Of a DNA stretch of 64,000 bases, positions 12,161-24,825 are shown in pieces; position 1 is the first letter of the stretch, and the number at the start of each line of letters is the position of its first letter. The notes under the pieces were generated by a model, which saw nothing but the letters and a program-made list of their open reading frames with translations, did no database searches and had not been told where the DNA came from. Both the position numbers and the translations under genes were made by a program. Source of the stretch: Neodothiora populina (lineage: Eukaryota); NCBI RefSeq assembly GCF_041146345.1, contig NW_027191404.1, positions 620,001-684,000 on the forward strand, read 5' to 3'.

Positions 12161-13105
12161 AGCTTACATATTGTGGCCACGATTTGGCCATACCTTACTT
12201 GTATACCAGTGGACCATCTCTATCTCCAGTAAGGAAGTCCTGAGCAAGCATCTTGGAGGCTTCAATCATAAGCATAGTGGCCTGTGTTCAAAACACATAT
12301 GACGAATTACGATACCCCAGGCGCAGAATGGTAGATCTGAAAGGCAGCGGTGCTGATCCTTCTCTGATCGGACCATCGTGGAGATTTCCTCCCGAGGAGA
12401 AACATACCTAACTTCGCACTTTCTGTGGACAAAATATCTCTCCGGTTTTGACACTGCTGATGGCAGCCTCATGTATAGCACCCGACCTCACAAGTCTCAC
12501 ATGTGCCTACAGCAGGTAGCCCATGGTCCGCTGTGTGCCCGGACATAGGTGTATTACACAAGGCATCCTTCGATGCATAGCTATGTATATGGTCGAACCA
12601 TATGGCAGATGCACGTCTGGGTCCAGGAGGTGTTGTGCTTGTTAATCTCCGGGGGTAGGTTCATACTATACCTGGACCGTCAAGCTCAATACCTGTCATC
12701 ATCCTCTGGCTATCCACCTCGATATGCCTGCAAGCATGAAGGTAACTGGAAGAGCCGACATTCATGTGCACACTGTCTCGCACGAATGATGTACTGGACA
12801 TCGCATCGAGATACCTCTTTGGGCATGACGTCTTGGCGCTGCTTATCTATGGTGGGTGTGATACGGCAGATAAGCTATCCACCCCACTTGGTATATACTT
12901 ATTACCCACCTTGATAGAAGTAAATACAACAATGCAAGTTGACTCATTTGAACACTCTGGTGATTCTTGTGACCCAGATACTATCGATCACACACCAGAC
13001 ACTCTTCACACGACTCCTCATATGTGACTCTTGCACCGGTAGCTAATAAGTCTCAACTTCCACACCGACAGTGTTCATCTGGTGTTCTTCTAGGGGAGAA
13101 CAGAT

Positions 13106-14612
13106 ATGCTTTCCCTCATTCTCATTGCTTCTGCTCTCGCGGTCTACTGTTGGCTGCGTCTCAAGGCTCCTATTTCCAAGCTGCCAGGACCCCTCTATAC
13201 TAAAATCACCTCGTTGCCTCTGAAGTACCACGAGTTCACCGGCACCCGGCGGACATGGATTCACTCGCTACACCAGAGGTACGGCACTGCAGTACGACTG
13301 GCGCCAAACGAAGCGTCCTTTTCTAGCCAAGAAGCCATGAAGGAAATCTACACGTCACAAGGCGCCGGCTATGACCGTACGGAGTTCTATGATCTCTTCC
13401 GCCAATTCAGCACACGCACTCTCTTCTCGACCCCTCCCAAGCATGCTCACGGGCAGCGGAAACGCGTCTTTGCAGATCGCTATGCAAACACCAACATTGT
13501 GCGTCCGGAGATGCTTTCTGCACTGCAGGCACGAGCCCGGCTTTTCCTGCGCAATTGTCTGCAGACTAGATCGAGCAATGATGGAGGATGTGATCCTGAT
13601 ATCTATGTTCAGCTGCATAGTTATGCATTGGACGGAGCTTCTCACTTCTTGTTTGCGCCTCGGGGAACCAATTCGCTCGATAATGTGCCTGCAGACGTCG
13701 ACATCTTGAAAGAACAGATGTACCATGACAGTCTGGTCGACAATTTGATTGCTCACTACTGGCCTGCACTGGGTGACTTCCTTGATAGATTCAAGATTCT
13801 ACAGGCACGACCATCGCCTCTTGCCAATGCGTATGTCATCGATGCTTCTGAACAGCCCAGTCCAGCCGAGTATTCCTTGATTGCTAAACTGCAGGCGCGC
13901 AAGGCGGACTTGAAAGACGGAGTGGATGATGTAGAGAGTCAGATGGCCGGGCCAGCCGAATGTATGGACCATCTCGCTGCCGGCATTGACACGACAGGAG
14001 ACGGTCTTTGCTTCATCATGTACGCGCTTTCCGTGCCCGAGGCGCAAGGGATACAAGACAAGCTGCGCGAGGAGCTTGTGCAGAGCGCAAGTTCGGGTTC
14101 GGAGCAACAGCTGTCGTATCTGGATGCGGTGATCCGTGAAGGACTGAGGTGTTTTCCTCCGATTCCGATGAGTTTTCCTCGCTATGTGCCGAGCGGTGGC
14201 AGGAAGCTAGAGGGTTACTATGTGCCCGAGAAGACTATTGTTTCTTGTCAGCCGTGGACGTTACATCGCGATCCCGTCGTGTTCCCTGATCCCGAGGTAT
14301 TTAGACCCGAGAGGTGGCTGGACGACGAGGGTAAGATGGAGAGGGACAGAATGTTTTTCGCGTTTTCGCAGGGTAGTCGGGGCTGCATCGGAAAGAAGTA
14401 AGTGCATACACTGTGCATCGTTGACCAAGCGGCAGAGCTAACGATGGAACAGTCTCGCAATGGCAGAGATGAGAGCATTGCTGAAGGAAGTGTACTCGCA
14501 ATGTCGGACTACCGTCTCAAAGCACATGAAGGGTGACATGGGCCTTGCGGATCAGATTATTTCCAGTCGACCAAGCGGACAGACGTGCTTGTTGGCATTC
14601 GAGCGTGTTTAG
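13106..14612 (+). CDS. Cytochrome P450 monooxygenase
   Basis: N-terminal TM plus PGP; I-helix AGIDTT; EGLR; PERW; heme motif FSQGSRGCIG; intron 14398-14452; last exon ends at TAG 14612. Confidence 0.93.
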
Positions 14613-14871
14613 GCACTTGGCATGAATGATGAAAAATGAGCGACGTCGAGCACCACACGGCATGTGGCAGCTTATAGATTACATAGACAGCATGATGGGG
14701 AAATTGATTCACTGTGACCTACGTATAGCAAATAGAACTGAACCATCATACCAAATGTGAAGCATGACTTGTACCGACCTCGATCTTTTGACTTGAGACT
14801 ATATATATAGTAGATTGCGAAGGTCAATAAAACGATAAAACAGCTCCCCAAGGTAGAACGCAACAATAACC

Positions 14872-15256
14872 TCAATCATCATAAACGCCTTCCCAAGAAG
14901 TCGTCTCGACGATCAAATTCTTCGCGCACCTAGCAAAGCAGCAGCAGACGTGAATCAGTAGCGAGCAACAAGAAGGACACCCCTTCAAAGAAGAGAAGAA
15001 AAGAGCAAAAAAAAAAAGTAAAAGACACTCACTCCCTAAACAACCTCACAATCGGCACACACACAACCACGCTCCTGGGATTCTTCACCGGCCCCTTCAA
15101 GTCGCAATCATACTGCACCATTTCCTTGAGCTTACAGTCCCTTTTCAGATCAATCGGCACTCCATCAGGCAGGTCTTTGCGCCGTCGGCCGTGCGCCGTC
15201 TGGTTGATTTTCTGCGCCAACTGGTGGGGCGGGAAGGCTTCTATCGGGGGCGGCAT
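14872..15256 (-). CDS. SOM1: Mitochondrial inner-membrane peptidase subunit Som1
   Basis: MPPPI..F start, CKLKEMVQYDC, VVCVPIVRLFR; intron 15032..14930; last exon CAKNLIVETTSWE. Confidence 0.85.
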
Positions 15257-15628
15257 CGCTGATTTTCTTGTTGCTGCGGAGCGTGGGGGCTTGGGGGCAC
15301 TGAACCAGTGGGTTAGAAAGGACTTGGGAGGTTGTGGGCGTGGTTGTTGTGGTTGTTGTGCGTAGCTGCTGGTTGTGGAGGCGGGTCGGAAAGGCGCGGC
15401 GGAGAAGGTGTCGTAGGGCGTTTGTCTGTCCAGCTTTGCTTGCTTGGGTGCAAGGTCGCGGTTCGCGGAGCTTGCTGCGACTGCGTTTCTTTTTTTTTTC
15501 TTGTCGTTGGCTTTTGTGGTTGGAAGTAGTACTTTCTATCTGATTTGAGCTCGGCAGATGATGAGAATTGGAGATGCTGGTAGGAAAAGAGGTTTGATGT
15601 GGCTCGAGAGCGAGAGGAAGAAGAAGAT

Positions 15629-17251
15629 ATGAGTGCGGAGGATTTGGGCAAGAGGTTGTTGGGTGAAGTGGTGGAAGAGAGGTTGGACGAGGTTAGTATC
15701 TCATTTTCGTCGCTGTTGGTTTTGTGATTTCACATTGCTTATCCCGTTACAATTCGGAAGGAGAAGAAAGAAAAGAATATTTGCTCTATTCGCTGTGTTT
15801 CATCATCTTGTGCTTCGGCTGTCCTTCATCGTTCTATACCATCATCAGAGATTCGCCACCGAACCTCGAGAAAAGGAACAAAGTACTGATACGAACACAA
15901 GCTCTTGTCCACTCTTCGATTCTTACAAGATCCCAAATCGCAATACCACGTCGGCATCTCCCAGATCGACCACGTTCTCGACGTGATCCATGCATCGGAC
16001 CACCCGGCAGCTCGTCTTCGAACGCAGCATCAACATCGAGGTCATCAACCAGACCATTCACGAGTAATTGTCGGCGATGACGACGATGAGAGCAATCCCC
16101 GTTTGTCTAATCTCCTTTTCCGATCTCTTGCTCCTGGCTTGAGTACCTCAGCAGCAGCAGGGAGACGAGCCAGACATCTCCCTCCTCTAATAGAATTGAC
16201 ATCTCCATCTCCCAACGACGGCAAAACCCAATTACTGTACTACTTCATCGCAGTCCAAACATTACCCACACGCATGCACAATAAGACAATTAGTCTGAAG
16301 GGCCAAGGCAACTCCGTCGTGTACATCGATACCGAGTCGAGGTTTTCCGTGCACAGGGTAGTCGAGGTCATGCGGTGTCATATCGAGGGGCGGATAAGGG
16401 AGTGGTATTCGTCTTCGACGAGGGACAATGATGACAACGAGACGAAGAAAGTCGAGACGATGAAGTCGAGACCGACAGTGGGAGAGATTGAATCGGTTAT
16501 AGAAGAGGCATTGAGACACGTCCATGTCTTCCAGCCTCAGTCTCTGGACTCGCTGCTCGCGACGCTGGAGGCGATCCCGGCGTATTTGTTTCCTTCGTCT
16601 TCTTCCTTTTCATCAACGATAAGAAGGACAAACGACACAAGAGAGACGCAGCCGCCGCCACATTTCTCCCACAACCGCAAACTAGGCTTCTTGGCCCTCG
16701 ACTCTGCGTCGTCATTTTACTGGCAGGATAAAGCCGCACAAGAAGGAGAAGAAGAAGAGGATGAAGGTCCTGAAGCGCGCCAGAGCAAAAGCAAGAAGAA
16801 GGGGTATACAGACCTCGCCCTCTCCCTCCACGAAGTCAGCACCCGTCTGCACGCCCCGGTAATCTACACGACCTGGAACCTTTCCCGTACCTCATCTTCC
16901 CGCCTGTCATCCTCCTCCTCTCATACCTCATCTCTCCTTGCCACAGGGAGTATTACCGCCCAGCAACCATTCATATTCCTATCGATTCACCGCCGCCCAG
17001 TCCGTAAATTCCCCCTGGGCCTGAGTATCGAAGAAGCATTCGGGCAGCAGCTGGGGCGAGGAAGAGATTGGCGAGGAGCAGAAGGAGAGGCAGAAGGGCG
17101 GAAAGGAGATGGCGATGTGGACAGGAGGGAGAGAGCTGTTGCTAGGGGCGGGTTCGATGTTTCGATCTCTTCTTCGCCTGGTTCTCTTGGCGGGAGAGAT
17201 GGGGGGTTTGAGGTGTGGATTGGAGAGGGGGGCGTTGAGATTCGAGGGTAG
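15629..17251 (+). CDS. XRCC2: Rad51 paralog, XRCC2-like
   Basis: Exon 1 MSAEDLGKRLLGEVVEERLDE (15629-15691), 210-nt intron, exon 2 from 15902; LIELTSPSPNDGKT (Walker A variant), YIDTESRFS, HVHVFQPQS, LALDSASSFYWQDK. Confidence 0.8.
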
Positions 17252-17717
17252 ACTTTTGATAGATTGCGAGGATTGCGAGGGGTAGCATAGAGAACAAAGG
17301 AGGAAGAGAGATGGGAAGGTGTTCACGAATCCAGCAAGCGCTAGTCAATAGTTCTTTCTCCTCTCGATTCGAGCCAAGCTGATGCTCTGTAAATTCATGT
17401 TTTCGGTGTTGTCTACAGGACTGATGGTTGGTCGAAAGACATGTGATATCATCCCTCTTCTCCCGAATCTGCTCTTCTTGATCCACACACTGTCATGGTC
17501 CCTGTGACTTGAGATGGCCTTTCGCATTCTGTATGCATTCCTCGTCCCCTCCGATCGAGGACATGGTGCTTGATAGAGAAAGAACAAAAACGCCTCCGAC
17601 GCCTCGCTTGAAAATTGAAAATAAACCGCCCTATCTGCAGTTTCCCTGGCTGTTTAGACAGGACACTGGAGCACTAGATGGAAACATGCACTGCGCGCTG
17701 CTGAGCTGGACAAGTCA

Positions 17718-18866
17718 TCATCGCACAACCGCACCGGCGCCAGGGCCGGCTCCTCGTCGCCAGTGCCCGCGGTCATGATCGACGTTTACACCACCACTCC
17801 TCAATAAAGCCTCGATGCTGTTGGCGCCATCGCCATCGCCGTCGTCTTGGTGACTGGCTTTCTTCTTGTTGTTACTTTCGGTGGCGACGTCGAATCCCAA
17901 CTCGTCCTTGTCCTTGTCGAGTAGTCCATCGTCGTCCTCATCGCCATCGTCATCATCCATTAATTCTCCCAAGACATCTCTCCAACTGCCCTCTCTCCTC
18001 TCTCGTAGCATAATCCATCTGTTACCTCTGCTAGTGGCAACCCTCTTCGAATCCCGCTCCTTGATCCTCTTCATCTCCTGAGCCCTACTAGCAGCAGTCA
18101 ACCTGCGCAGCGCCTTCTCCGCCAAAATGCCTTCCTCGGTGGCTTTTTCCCTGATGGCGCGCGCATTGCCTTGGCGCTCGGTGAATGTTTGAGTGGACAT
18201 GTACGAGTGCCGCGACGGCAGCGCAGGGAAGTGAGGCGGGATATAGCTCGTGGTAGCGACTTCCTGGGTGCTGATAGCAGGCGTCAGCAGGTCCGGGCCG
18301 AGCATGCTGCTGAGGTCTGGCGGGGGCGCTTCAGGAGGCGCCGGCGCGGCGACAGATGGCGCGGAGAGAGCCACAGGCAGAGACAGAGCGAGATGGGGCT
18401 CGAGGTCCGACGAAGTGAGTGCGTGAGCGGCCTTGTGGTCGGCGAGCAGCGCGGCTCCCGGCGCGGGACAAGAGTGGTGGGCGCGCGTCAATGCGAACGT
18501 CATGTCTGATGGCAGCAGACTCGTCCGTCGCGCGCTGTGCATGCTTGTGCGCGCGTCTGCCAGGAAGCGCAGCATGTATTCTTCTACCATTGCTCGGAAC
18601 GACTCCAGCGCTGACGGCTTGACGCTGTCGTAGCCGGCGATTGTCAGCGCGGCGCAGATGGATCTGAGCAGTTGGGACTGCGTGAATGTGGCGTCTTGAG
18701 GGGCGAGCTCGGTGTGCGGCGGCAGGGCCTGGAGGTTGTGTAGCTCATGGTGGTGGTTGCGCTTTTGTTGCTGCTGTAGTTGTGCTTTTGTTGAAGAAGA
18801 TGCTGTTGATGATGAAGTCCTTCGTCTTTTTAGTGACCGCGCTGGGCCTGACGCATCGTCTGTCAT
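17718..18866 (-). CDS. TAF8: TFIID subunit 8
   Basis: Histone-fold region (GYDSVKPSALESFRAMVEEYM...SARRT) plus TAF8 C-terminal motif YIPPHFPALPSRHSY...IREKATEEG.LAEKALRRL. Confidence 0.88.
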   Translation of the reverse strand: MTDDASGPARSLKRRRTSSSTASSSTKAQLQQQQKRNHHHELHNLQALPPHTELAPQDATFTQSQLLRSICAALTIAGYDSVKPSALESFRAMVEEYMLRFLADARTSMHSARRTSLLPSDMTFALTRAHHSCPAPGAALLADHKAAHALTSSDLEPHLALSLPVALSAPSVAAPAPPEAPPPDLSSMLGPDLLTPAISTQEVATTSYIPPHFPALPSRHSYMSTQTFTERQGNARAIREKATEEGILAEKALRRLTAASRAQEMKRIKERDSKRVATSRGNRWIMLRERREGSWRDVLGELMDDDDGDEDDDGLLDKDKDELGFDVATESNNKKKASHQDDGDGDGANSIEALLRSGGVNVDHDRGHWRRGAGPGAGAVVR

Positions 18867-19832
18867 TTTGATCCCCAGGCACCAGGCAAGGAATGGTGTC
18901 CGTCAATGAAAGTAATAAATGATTGATGGACTGACGGATTGACGATGCGCGATGCTTGTTATTGCGTTGTGGAGACTTCTTGTCCACCGTAAAGTTGTGT
19001 TTCGCCCTCACAAAGTTCCCGCCAAGCTTGATGCTGTTATAGTCAAATATCACCACTTGTACTCCATCACTGATCTTATTCAATGCTTCGTCCTCAACCG
19101 TCACTTGGGACACATTCAGCTTTTGCAGAGCCGTGTCCGTTGTAGTTGATGTGCGACACAGAAGATGTCTTTGTAGCATTTATACTCCACCAGTGAGGGC
19201 GCAACCGCCACTTCGATGTCACGCATACACACGATGATCCGCTCACGAATGTCATCCCACACTCAGTCGTCGTCAGCAGCAATGCAAGTGATGAAACATG
19301 ATGACATTTCGCAGTATCCATGCGTTTCCATCCCATCCCATCCATCTAGGCTAAACTCGAACCCTCTCCATCACACTTTCAATCCACCGCTTTAGATGGC
19401 TTCCATAAGCAACGAGGTGCAGAAGTATGAAGAATCAAAAACAAGGAAAACAATAAAAGAAACAGAAGCAAAGAAAAAAAGCAAAGTCTACTAACGCCAG
19501 CGCAGAAGATCATTCTCTTTTCTTGCTCTAAATGCTAGAGTCTTCAAGCCTCGGTGCTCGGGGGGTGAAAAAGTCTGTAGGGGCTTGCAACAAATGAGAT
19601 TGCCCACCCACTGTCTTCTCCAAACCTCCCGTAATATCGTTCCGCTTGAAAACAAGTAAACGCCATCGGTGAGTCCAGGGGGGATTGGCGCCGTGAAAGC
19701 GCTGAAGGTTAGGAAAAGAAAAAGCGAAAGAAAAAGAAATCCCTCTCAAGGTCCAGAATAAAAGCATCCATATCATTTCATGTACACGTTCGGCCCCGTG
19801 TTCTCGGGGGCAGCGACGATAGCGACAAGACC

Positions 19833-21275
19833 TCATTTGGTCTCGTGCTCATCTCCAAATGGGCTTTCGTCCCGGATCGGGCCAAGCGCCGTGTGCTGAG
19901 ACGACACTCGTGACGCTCTCTTAGTCGCGTCCTCGATGATGCTGCTCACTTCGGCGATGCTCTTGAGTCCGCCCATGCCGATGAAGCTCTGCTCGCTGAC
20001 GTTGCTATCTCGGACGTCGCCCACAGCCTTGCCCTTGCCCTTGGGCTGAGCTACAGCAGGTCCCTTCGGATCGGCGAAGGGTGATTGCGCTGGCATTGGT
20101 GATTCCTGGATCGGCGTTACGAGGCTCTCGCTCATGGGGCCGGTCTCCTTTTCCTCCTCGGTATCGGACGGCTCGTCTCTGTAGGCCAGAGGTGATGACT
20201 TGATGGGCTTAGCGCCCAGGGCGGGATTCGAGTTCTTGGTTGGGAAGCGCCCAGCAGCCTTGGGCTTGCCGCTGCTCTTCTTGGTCAGAGTCAACAGCGT
20301 CGGCTTTCCGATGGAAGCACCCTTTGATGCTTGACCGGGAATCACGACATTGACCTTCTGCTGTTTTTGTGCCTGATTAAAGTCCATGCCTGCGAGTTCC
20401 TTGTCTGGAGTATCATTGGGGGAAGTCTTCTGACTGCTGTTGACGCTGACGACGTTCGCCTTGCCGCGCACAATGGTTTGTGCAGGCATCGGGTGCTCGA
20501 CCGCGTCATCACGGAATGTTGCCACACTGCTACGAGCAAGGGACGGAGTGATACTGGGACGGCCGTAGAAGGTGCTTCGGTCATCCATGGACGAAGAGTC
20601 AGAGTAGGTCGAGTCGCGAAGATCGCCGGGCTTGAAGAACAGAGCGTCGCCGTTGGTAGAGTGTCCACTGTTGGGTCCTAGAACAGCAGGGATCGGAGGG
20701 ACTGGTGGTACGTTGAGGTTGGAGTTGTTTCTGCCATCTCTGTTCATAACACCCGGGATATATGCGATCGGAATCATGTTGGATGCGCGACTGAAGAGAC
20801 TGGTGGAGCGCGAGTTGGACGTGTGGACAGAACCACGCTGCATGTTGAAGTCATCGGCATGCTTCTGGGCGGCCGCATCGTCTTCTACCCATTCCTCCTC
20901 GTACTGAGCGCGTCTGCCTCGGATGACAAACCACCAAACCAAGAACACAACGAGAGCGACAACGAATACACCTCCAATGACGCCTCCAGCGATGGCTCCA
21001 ACATTGGGTCCGGATGATGGTGGGCCTTGGTCGTTGTTCTTGATGCAGGTCATCGAGGCGCATGAGCCGCAAGATTGCGAGATGAGAGAGCAGACTTCAT
21101 CGCTCTTACACGATGGACACGACGGGATGGTCTCGGGACATTGCACGCATCGCTTGAAGATGGTGCGGAGAGTGCGGTCGACAGCTGCGGAATAGTTAGC
21201 CTGCAATGGCAGATTGAGAAGGGATCGCATTGTGATTGTTGTTGTTGACGACGAACATTGAGCGGAAACGGCCAT
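19833..21275 (-). CDS. OPY2: Membrane anchor Opy2 (HOG/filamentation MAPK pathway)
   Basis: First ATG at 21275; eight-Cys domain CVQC...CPSC...C...C.SC...C; single TM after GAIAGGVIGG; cytosolic ASNMIPIAYIPGV motif. Confidence 0.85.
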   Translation of the reverse strand: MAVSAQCSSSTTTITMRSLLNLPLQANYSAAVDRTLRTIFKRCVQCPETIPSCPSCKSDEVCSLISQSCGSCASMTCIKNNDQGPPSSGPNVGAIAGGVIGGVFVVALVVFLVWWFVIRGRRAQYEEEWVEDDAAAQKHADDFNMQRGSVHTSNSRSTSLFSRASNMIPIAYIPGVMNRDGRNNSNLNVPPVPPIPAVLGPNSGHSTNGDALFFKPGDLRDSTYSDSSSMDDRSTFYGRPSITPSLARSSVATFRDDAVEHPMPAQTIVRGKANVVSVNSSQKTSPNDTPDKELAGMDFNQAQKQQKVNVVIPGQASKGASIGKPTLLTLTKKSSGKPKAAGRFPTKNSNPALGAKPIKSSPLAYRDEPSDTEEEKETGPMSESLVTPIQESPMPAQSPFADPKGPAVAQPKGKGKAVGDVRDSNVSEQSFIGMGGLKSIAEVSSIIEDATKRASRVSSQHTALGPIRDESPFGDEHETK

Positions 21276-22625
21276 TTTGGGCGAATTTGCAAGATCCTTT
21301 GTTCCCTGCTGGCTTTGACTTGGATATTTGCAAGCCTCGTGGGTTCCTTGTTGGATTCGATCGATCCGACGTGGCGATGTGAACAAAGTGCGGCTTGATT
21401 TCTTGATTTAAAGATCGAGTAGACGTCGTTGATTTTGATGCGGCCAGCCGGATACTTGCAGTCGTTTTGCGACAATGGTTTGAATTGTCTGATAGTGCTG
21501 ATGTATTGGCCGATGTCGTGTTGTGTCGAATAAGGGATGCCACAGCGTGAGAATTCGGGGATGAGCGACGACCTGCGCAGCGAACGAAAGGGTAAAACGG
21601 GCGGATTTGGGCACAAGGGAAGGGGGTGATTTACAACAGTAATTTGAGAATAAAAGTGTCGAGATGGGGTTTTTTGTTTTTTTTATGAATTGATTTGTTT
21701 GAAAAACGAGTGACGAGAAAGATGTGCAAAGACGAAGGTGATGGAGAATGACGACGACGACAACCGTGGTTTTGGGGGGGGGGTGGGAACAATAGGTGGG
21801 TGAAATGGGCGTGTGCAGGGAGAATGGAGGGTGAGTGACAAAGACGACTAAAAGAAGTGGAGAATGGAGACGGAATGATGGCTTTGCTTTGCTTTCGCCT
21901 GGCTTCCCTTATCGACTGAGCCACACTCAATCACGCACACCACTGTATACCTTATTCTGCACTACAAGTACTAGTAAGTACAGACTCGATACCACAGTAG
22001 ATTAGAAGCAGTGCACGAGCACGGGAAACTCACTCTACTGGCCCCCGAACAGGCCACACTTGGGCCCTTCGCGGTCGCTCCTGAGAACAACGCGCTCCTG
22101 TCCTGGCCGTTTCCGACACATCTCTGTGTCGCCTACGCCTGGTGATTATAGTTCAAGCCTCTTTGCTTCCTTTTTCTCTCTCTCTAACCTACGCCACAGA
22201 TTGACTTGACTTGGCATTTGGCAGACGGAGGCAACTGTGCTTTACTACCCTGTCTATCTTGACTTAGTGTCCTGTATGGCCGTGGTGGCCCACGCGCTAT
22301 TAGCTGCTAATTACTGTATGCATTGACGGCAAGACTGAAAAAACGTGGGGTACGGATGTTCGAGGCAATGATTGATGGTACGACTTTCGAGGATTAGCAG
22401 GAGGGAACAAAGTAATTCGAGCTATAATACTAAAAGATCATCATTTCATTCTTGTATTCGTACTACATGTAGAAGCGCATCTCTATAATACAACCTATCG
22501 TTGTCACAGTCCTTCTTGCTCGCCCCGACTGACCGACCGTCCGACCGTCCGACGCTCGTGACTGCCTACTATACCTATAATTGCGTTATAACAAAATACG
22601 ATATACCATTACAACACATATAGCT

Positions 22626-23066
22626 ATGGCGGGACAACAACAGCAAGAAGCAAACACAGAGCAGCTGAGTCTGAAAGAGCGAGCAGCGCTGCATCGCCTC
22701 GACAAGCCCGAGAAGCTCCAAGCAGTGCTGGATCGCGAAATGAGCCAATACGACTGTCTGCCCTGCAGAGTCATGGGTAAGCAGCTCAGCTCCCTTCCCC
22801 CGACTCCTTTTGCCCTCTCCTCTACTCTCTTGTTCCCTTCTTCTCCCCCGGCCTCTTCGTTCTGTTCGTACTGATAATCTTCCCCAGGCGCATCGGCATT
22901 CATGGGTCTCGGCGCCTACACATACTGGTCCGGACACCGGCAACTGCGGCTCAACGAGCAGAAGATCCTGCAGATGGGACGCGCGAACATGGCTGTCAGG
23001 AGCCTGGGCATCACTGGTATCGCTGCTGGTCTTGTCGGGTTGGGGGTGTATAGGGCGTTTTTCTGA
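22626..23066 (+). CDS. Small DUF4536-like (DMAC1/YDL157C-like) mitochondrial membrane protein
   Basis: Exons 22626-22776 and 22888-23066 give DCLPCRVMGASAFMGLGAY...GLVGLGVYR: CxxC followed by two TMs. Confidence 0.75.
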
Positions 23067-23934
23067 GGGCAGATAGAAGAGAGAATGGACAAAAGTTATA
23101 TGGACTTTGTGGGGAAGAGTGTGTGGATCGGTGAACAGAGAGGATGGGCACAGTTGCATGATAATAGTGATGCAGTCTGCACGCGAGCAGGCCGAGTATG
23201 ATGAGGCAGGGCCTCTCCGCTCTGAAGGATCACCGTCCCCCGGGATAAGTTCAGCAGCTCGAAGATACCTGGCGGATGGACACTCGACTCCATCTGGCAA
23301 GAGAGACTAGTCGACGCATCGAGGCTCTGTCGCCCTCTCCTCTACCATTCAAGATCGGGAAGAACATTCAGAGGCTCAAGGCAGATGGTGCTACATGACT
23401 CACATGAGATGTTTCACGGTCTTCATATTCAGCGGAGGAATACCAAGATGCCGTCTACTGGACTTCGAAGGGCTTTATACGAGAGAAGTAGCGGGAGAGG
23501 AAATGTCGGCTGTCAGGTAAGGCTTTGCTGTCGTGGCAGCATTTTCCTTATGCTTAACTATATGTAAAATATGTACACTATACTCAATCGGAAAAGACCA
23601 GTGGTTGGACCAGGAAAAAGTAACAGCAATAGCAAAACACGGTAATTGTCCGGAGACACAGAAAACACAGGAACAAAAAACCAAGAATGACTCCCAACGC
23701 GATGCAAATGCAATAAAAGCACAGAGAAATGGCATCTCACTGCAACCAAAAGCCAAGAAGAGATGAAAGAAGAAGAAAAAATTGCCGCCGTCCCAAGTAT
23801 AAGTGCTGACGAAGCTCAGAGACTCGTCTTGGGGTATCTCGTCGTTACTTTCGTCCAGTGCTGTGCCTCCCTCTTTCTATATCTCTCTATTTCTCTCCCT
23901 CTCCAGACTCATGCAACAAAAAAAAAGGTGCTTC

Positions 23935-24825
23935 TTAGGCATGTCTTGTTCTCTTGCCGCCTCCACCCCCTGATCTGTCAAAGTCCTTGTTGCTGGGGTT
24001 GCCACCAAAGGGACTGCCTCCGAATCCTCCAAATCCACTGATGTCGAAAAAGTCGGGCATCCTGCGCTTTGAACCTGCGCCGACACCCAGACTGCTGGTG
24101 GTGGTGTTGTTGTTGTTGTTGTTGTTGTTGTTGAAACTCGTGCTTCTATTGTTGCCATTGCTCGTGTGGCGATGTATGTTTCGATTGCTTCTCTGTCGAG
24201 ATCCAAGGTTGAGTGCCACTGGAGATGAATGTTGTTGCTGCGTGCCAGATGCCGTTGCGCTGGCATGATCCGAGGGCAGACTGGGAGCGTCCATTTCCGT
24301 ATCCCGATCGTGGTTGCCGCTCGGGTAAGGAAGTGACGAGCGGAAGGTGGACATGTCCGGGTTGTTATGCGCTATGGGCACCGCTTCCACTTTGACATCC
24401 TCCTCCTGTCGGGTTGCGCTTGGTGATGACGGGTCGTTGGTCTGCTCGTGTTGTTCTTGCTTTCTATGCACTTCGGGGCTCTCCTGTCGGGTGACGGGCT
24501 CTTGTTGCTGCTCTTCGCGCTCGTCTTCGTCGTCGCTGTGGCCGCCTGCGGTGCCGTGATAACGCTCCGTCGCCCACTGACGCACCCTCCATCCCTCCCC
24601 ATCGACGCCGAGGCCTAGGTTTTCTAGATCGAGAAAGGTGAGGAGGTCGTCCAAAGCATCTTGGTAACCGGCCGCTCGTGTCCTGGCCTGCTCGGTCGCT
24701 GCGGTCTTGTATAGATTCGTGACCGACAAGGCGGCGGCCTTGAAGGCATTTAATAATTCATGCGGCGAGCCTGAGGCGGGAGAGGTGCGGGGCAGGGATG
24801 TGCGAAGATTGCGAAGGGAGTCCAT
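23935..24825 (-). CDS. Conserved fungal hypothetical protein
   Basis: MDSLRNLRTSLP, ELLNAFKAAALSVTNLYK, GYQDALDDLL, WRVRQWATER, basic C-terminus; pattern familiar from ascomycete hypothetical proteins. Confidence 0.75.
   Translation of the reverse strand: MDSLRNLRTSLPRTSPASGSPHELLNAFKAAALSVTNLYKTAATEQARTRAAGYQDALDDLLTFLDLENLGLGVDGEGWRVRQWATERYHGTAGGHSDDEDEREEQQQEPVTRQESPEVHRKQEQHEQTNDPSSPSATRQEEDVKVEAVPIAHNNPDMSTFRSSLPYPSGNHDRDTEMDAPSLPSDHASATASGTQQQHSSPVALNLGSRQRSNRNIHRHTSNGNNRSTSFNNNNNNNNNTTTSSLGVGAGSKRRMPDFFDISGFGGFGGSPFGGNPSNKDFDRSGGGGGKRTRHA
24106..24132. repeat. (GTT)9 microsatellite encoding poly-Asn on the minus strand
   Basis: Perfect trinucleotide run read directly. Confidence 0.9.

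Noticed and set aside
18745..19179. 144-aa minus-strand ORF overlapping the TAF8 start
   Set aside because: No recognisable family and it overlaps TAF8 out of frame; cannot be supported as a gene.
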